Source: Enoplolaimus lenunculus
Taxonomy: Eukaryota
Direction: 5' to 3'
Length of the DNA stretch: 64,000 nt
Assembly (NCBI GenBank): GCA_030248215.1
Contig: JASANG010001409.1
Coordinates: 248,001 to 312,000, forward strand
Below are positions 61,818 through 64,000 of this stretch, one piece after another; within the stretch, counting starts at the first letter, position 1; each line of letters opens with the position of its first letter. The position numbers and the translations under genes are program-made. Under the pieces are notes generated by a model that saw nothing but the letters and a program-made list of their open reading frames with translations, was not told the origin of the DNA and searched no databases.

Positions 61818-64000
61818 CTGAAATATAGAAAACAAAATTTTTAAGTTTTGAAGGAAAAACTACTTTTTTTGAAATAGGTTCAGCATCTGGAGCAGTTAGC
61901 CAAGGGGGTAAGCGTTAGCGACCTGAAAATTTTTGGGTTTGGAAAAATAGACGATTCGCACGCTTTGAAATAAACGCATGGGTGGTAATAAAAATGGGGT
62001 TTCCATCTTTAGTCTCACCCAATAGGAGTCCGTATTCCTAATAAGAGTCCGTAAGTGGATAGAGTCTCTAAACCCTAAACAGAGTGTATAAATGTCAATT
62101 TTTCCAAATTGTGGTTCATAAATGACTACAGCACCAAATACAGTTGAGTTTGAAACTTTATAGTACATTATTAAGTATAACCCTACATTATCGATCAAGG
62201 TTTTGATATTTAAAAATACCGAATATAATATCAGTGACGAAGCGCGGGTTCAAACCAAATAACAGACCGTAACCGAGTAACAGGGGGTGTCCTCTGGCGA
62301 GGCCAAATAAATATCACTCGCCCACATATTCGGGTAACTACAGTATAGAGCACTGTGGCTGAAATATATAGAAATTGAGAAATTCTGTGGTTTTGAACAA
62401 AGAAATGTTTTGAAGCTTGTTTAGCTATAAGCTGAGACAGAAAAAATTAAAATAATGAAAATGAAAATTCGCGTAATTTCGCTCCCTCGCTAAAGCATAA
62501 TATGCACATAATGGTAGCACCAAGACTGGATGATGCGTACTTCAATAAAGAGTATTCAACTGGATATATTCTGTGTAGGAAAAAATGTACCCGACACACG
62601 TTGCGTTTTTGACCTGCCCCTCTTATTTATGAGAATATAAATTACACAAAATATGGTACTGTATGTATAAGTCATCAAAAATGTTCCGCTTACAGTTTAA
62701 TTTAGATGTATGGTATCTGATAGCGGCCGCCCACTTGAATAAGGGGGGTCGGCCAAACACGCAACACCCGGTGGCATATTTTGTACCACACAAAGAGTGT
62801 TTGTCTACTTTGGTGGTACTCACCAGAGACTAAAGTTACCGAACCAAACCAGGTTCGTAGCCTGCTCAGCATGCTAACGGGACCAAACAATTTTGTCGGA
62901 GCAAGCGGATGATGTCTTATTCATCTACTCTCGGGGTAAAAGTTTTCAGACGGTCGAAATTTTTCCAGGGGATCAGTCCCTTCCTGCCCCCCTCCTGGCC
63001 ACGATGTTGAACCCAAGCTGAGTCGAATGGTGTTAACTGTTAGTAATTTTTGATGGAAAATCACCTGTTATGGTCAAACAAAACAATAGTTTCTTTCGTG
63101 ACACTTGGCCGAATCAGGGAAAATATTTTTGATCCAGAAATTTTGATAGGGGGTGTGTGTGCACGCGCGGTGCGCGACATATAATGAAAAAAGTTCACGT
63201 GCGAAACGAGCGAAACGCCTAACGCAGTTTTAGTGTTTTGTTGTTTAGTTTTCGAAAGAGCCCATGTAAACATCAGGGGCGGAACGTTTTTCTGTGGGAC
63301 TAGAAAAAAGTATTCAGTTTAAGCTTTAGACTAATTTTTTGCTTGGCTTAGGCTTAGTCTTATGGTCAGAAATATGCCCATTCTTACGCTTAGGCTTAGG
63401 CTAATAGGCTTATAATACTGTTCCGCCCCTGTTCTTTACATTGGCCGCGGAAGGGTAATTGCTTTGGATCATCGTCAGTGTCTGAGTGGTTCCATGGATT
63501 TCACAGCTCAGGTTTGTACCGAATAACAGATTGGGCTGCGATGCGAAAATTGGCAAAATACCGTTTTAGTTATCAATCAGCTACAATAATTTGACTACTT
63601 CAAGCTGGCTTCCACAATATCCTGTGTACGCTGTATGTGAATATTGTGGCTTGATTTCAGACCCGTAACCAGCTCACCGTGCAAGAGGAGTGTAAAAAAT
63701 GTTCCAAGAGCAGTATAAGAGTTTTCGTTGACTTACAAGCAAGGTTGAAAAATTTTCAGAGGTGGCTAAAAGTTTTTCCACGGTTAGCTGTGGCTACGAG
63801 CCCGTTTTAATACAGTAACTTATTGCAGAAATTTATTCATCATGGCAAATGGTAGACAATAAACCCAAGACACAGTCGCGTTAAAAATATTGGTCAATGT
63901 AAAGAACAGGGGTGGAACAGTATTATAAGCATACATATTCGTGAACCTAAGCCTAAGCCTAAGCCTAAGCCTAAGTCTAAGCGTAAGAATGAGCATATTC

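Overview
Eukaryotic, intron-rich, AT-rich DNA that looks like a nematode genome (TTTCAG acceptors, abundant TTAGGC telomeric hexamers). I reconstructed four spliced genes by hand with phase-consistent GT-AG junctions: (1) the 3' part of a SORBS/CAP/vinexin-family triple-SH3 adaptor (+, 1-18588); (2, 3) a tandem pair of core-2/I-branching beta-1,6-GlcNAc-transferase (GT14) paralogues (-, 22553-29653 and 38575-44688); (4) a globin with a long Ser-rich N-terminal extension (-, 57788-61817, 5' end not seen). Introns and intergenic DNA are saturated with non-autonomous DNA transposons. The dominant family has about 35 copies with GG..CC termini and 8-bp TSDs (Merlin-like) and carries internal TTAGGC telomeric arrays in fixed polarity. 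One copy has expanded into a 3.2-kb satellite of 36-bp units with higher-order structure. Other notable items: an LTR-like insert with a PAM2-motif ATG exon in phase with the host SH3 gene, an orphan CELF/ETR-1 RRM3 exon fragment, tRNA-like relics, a MITE-linked flank duplication and several minisatellites. No transposase or reverse transcriptase ORF was recognised. All calls are by eye, without searches.
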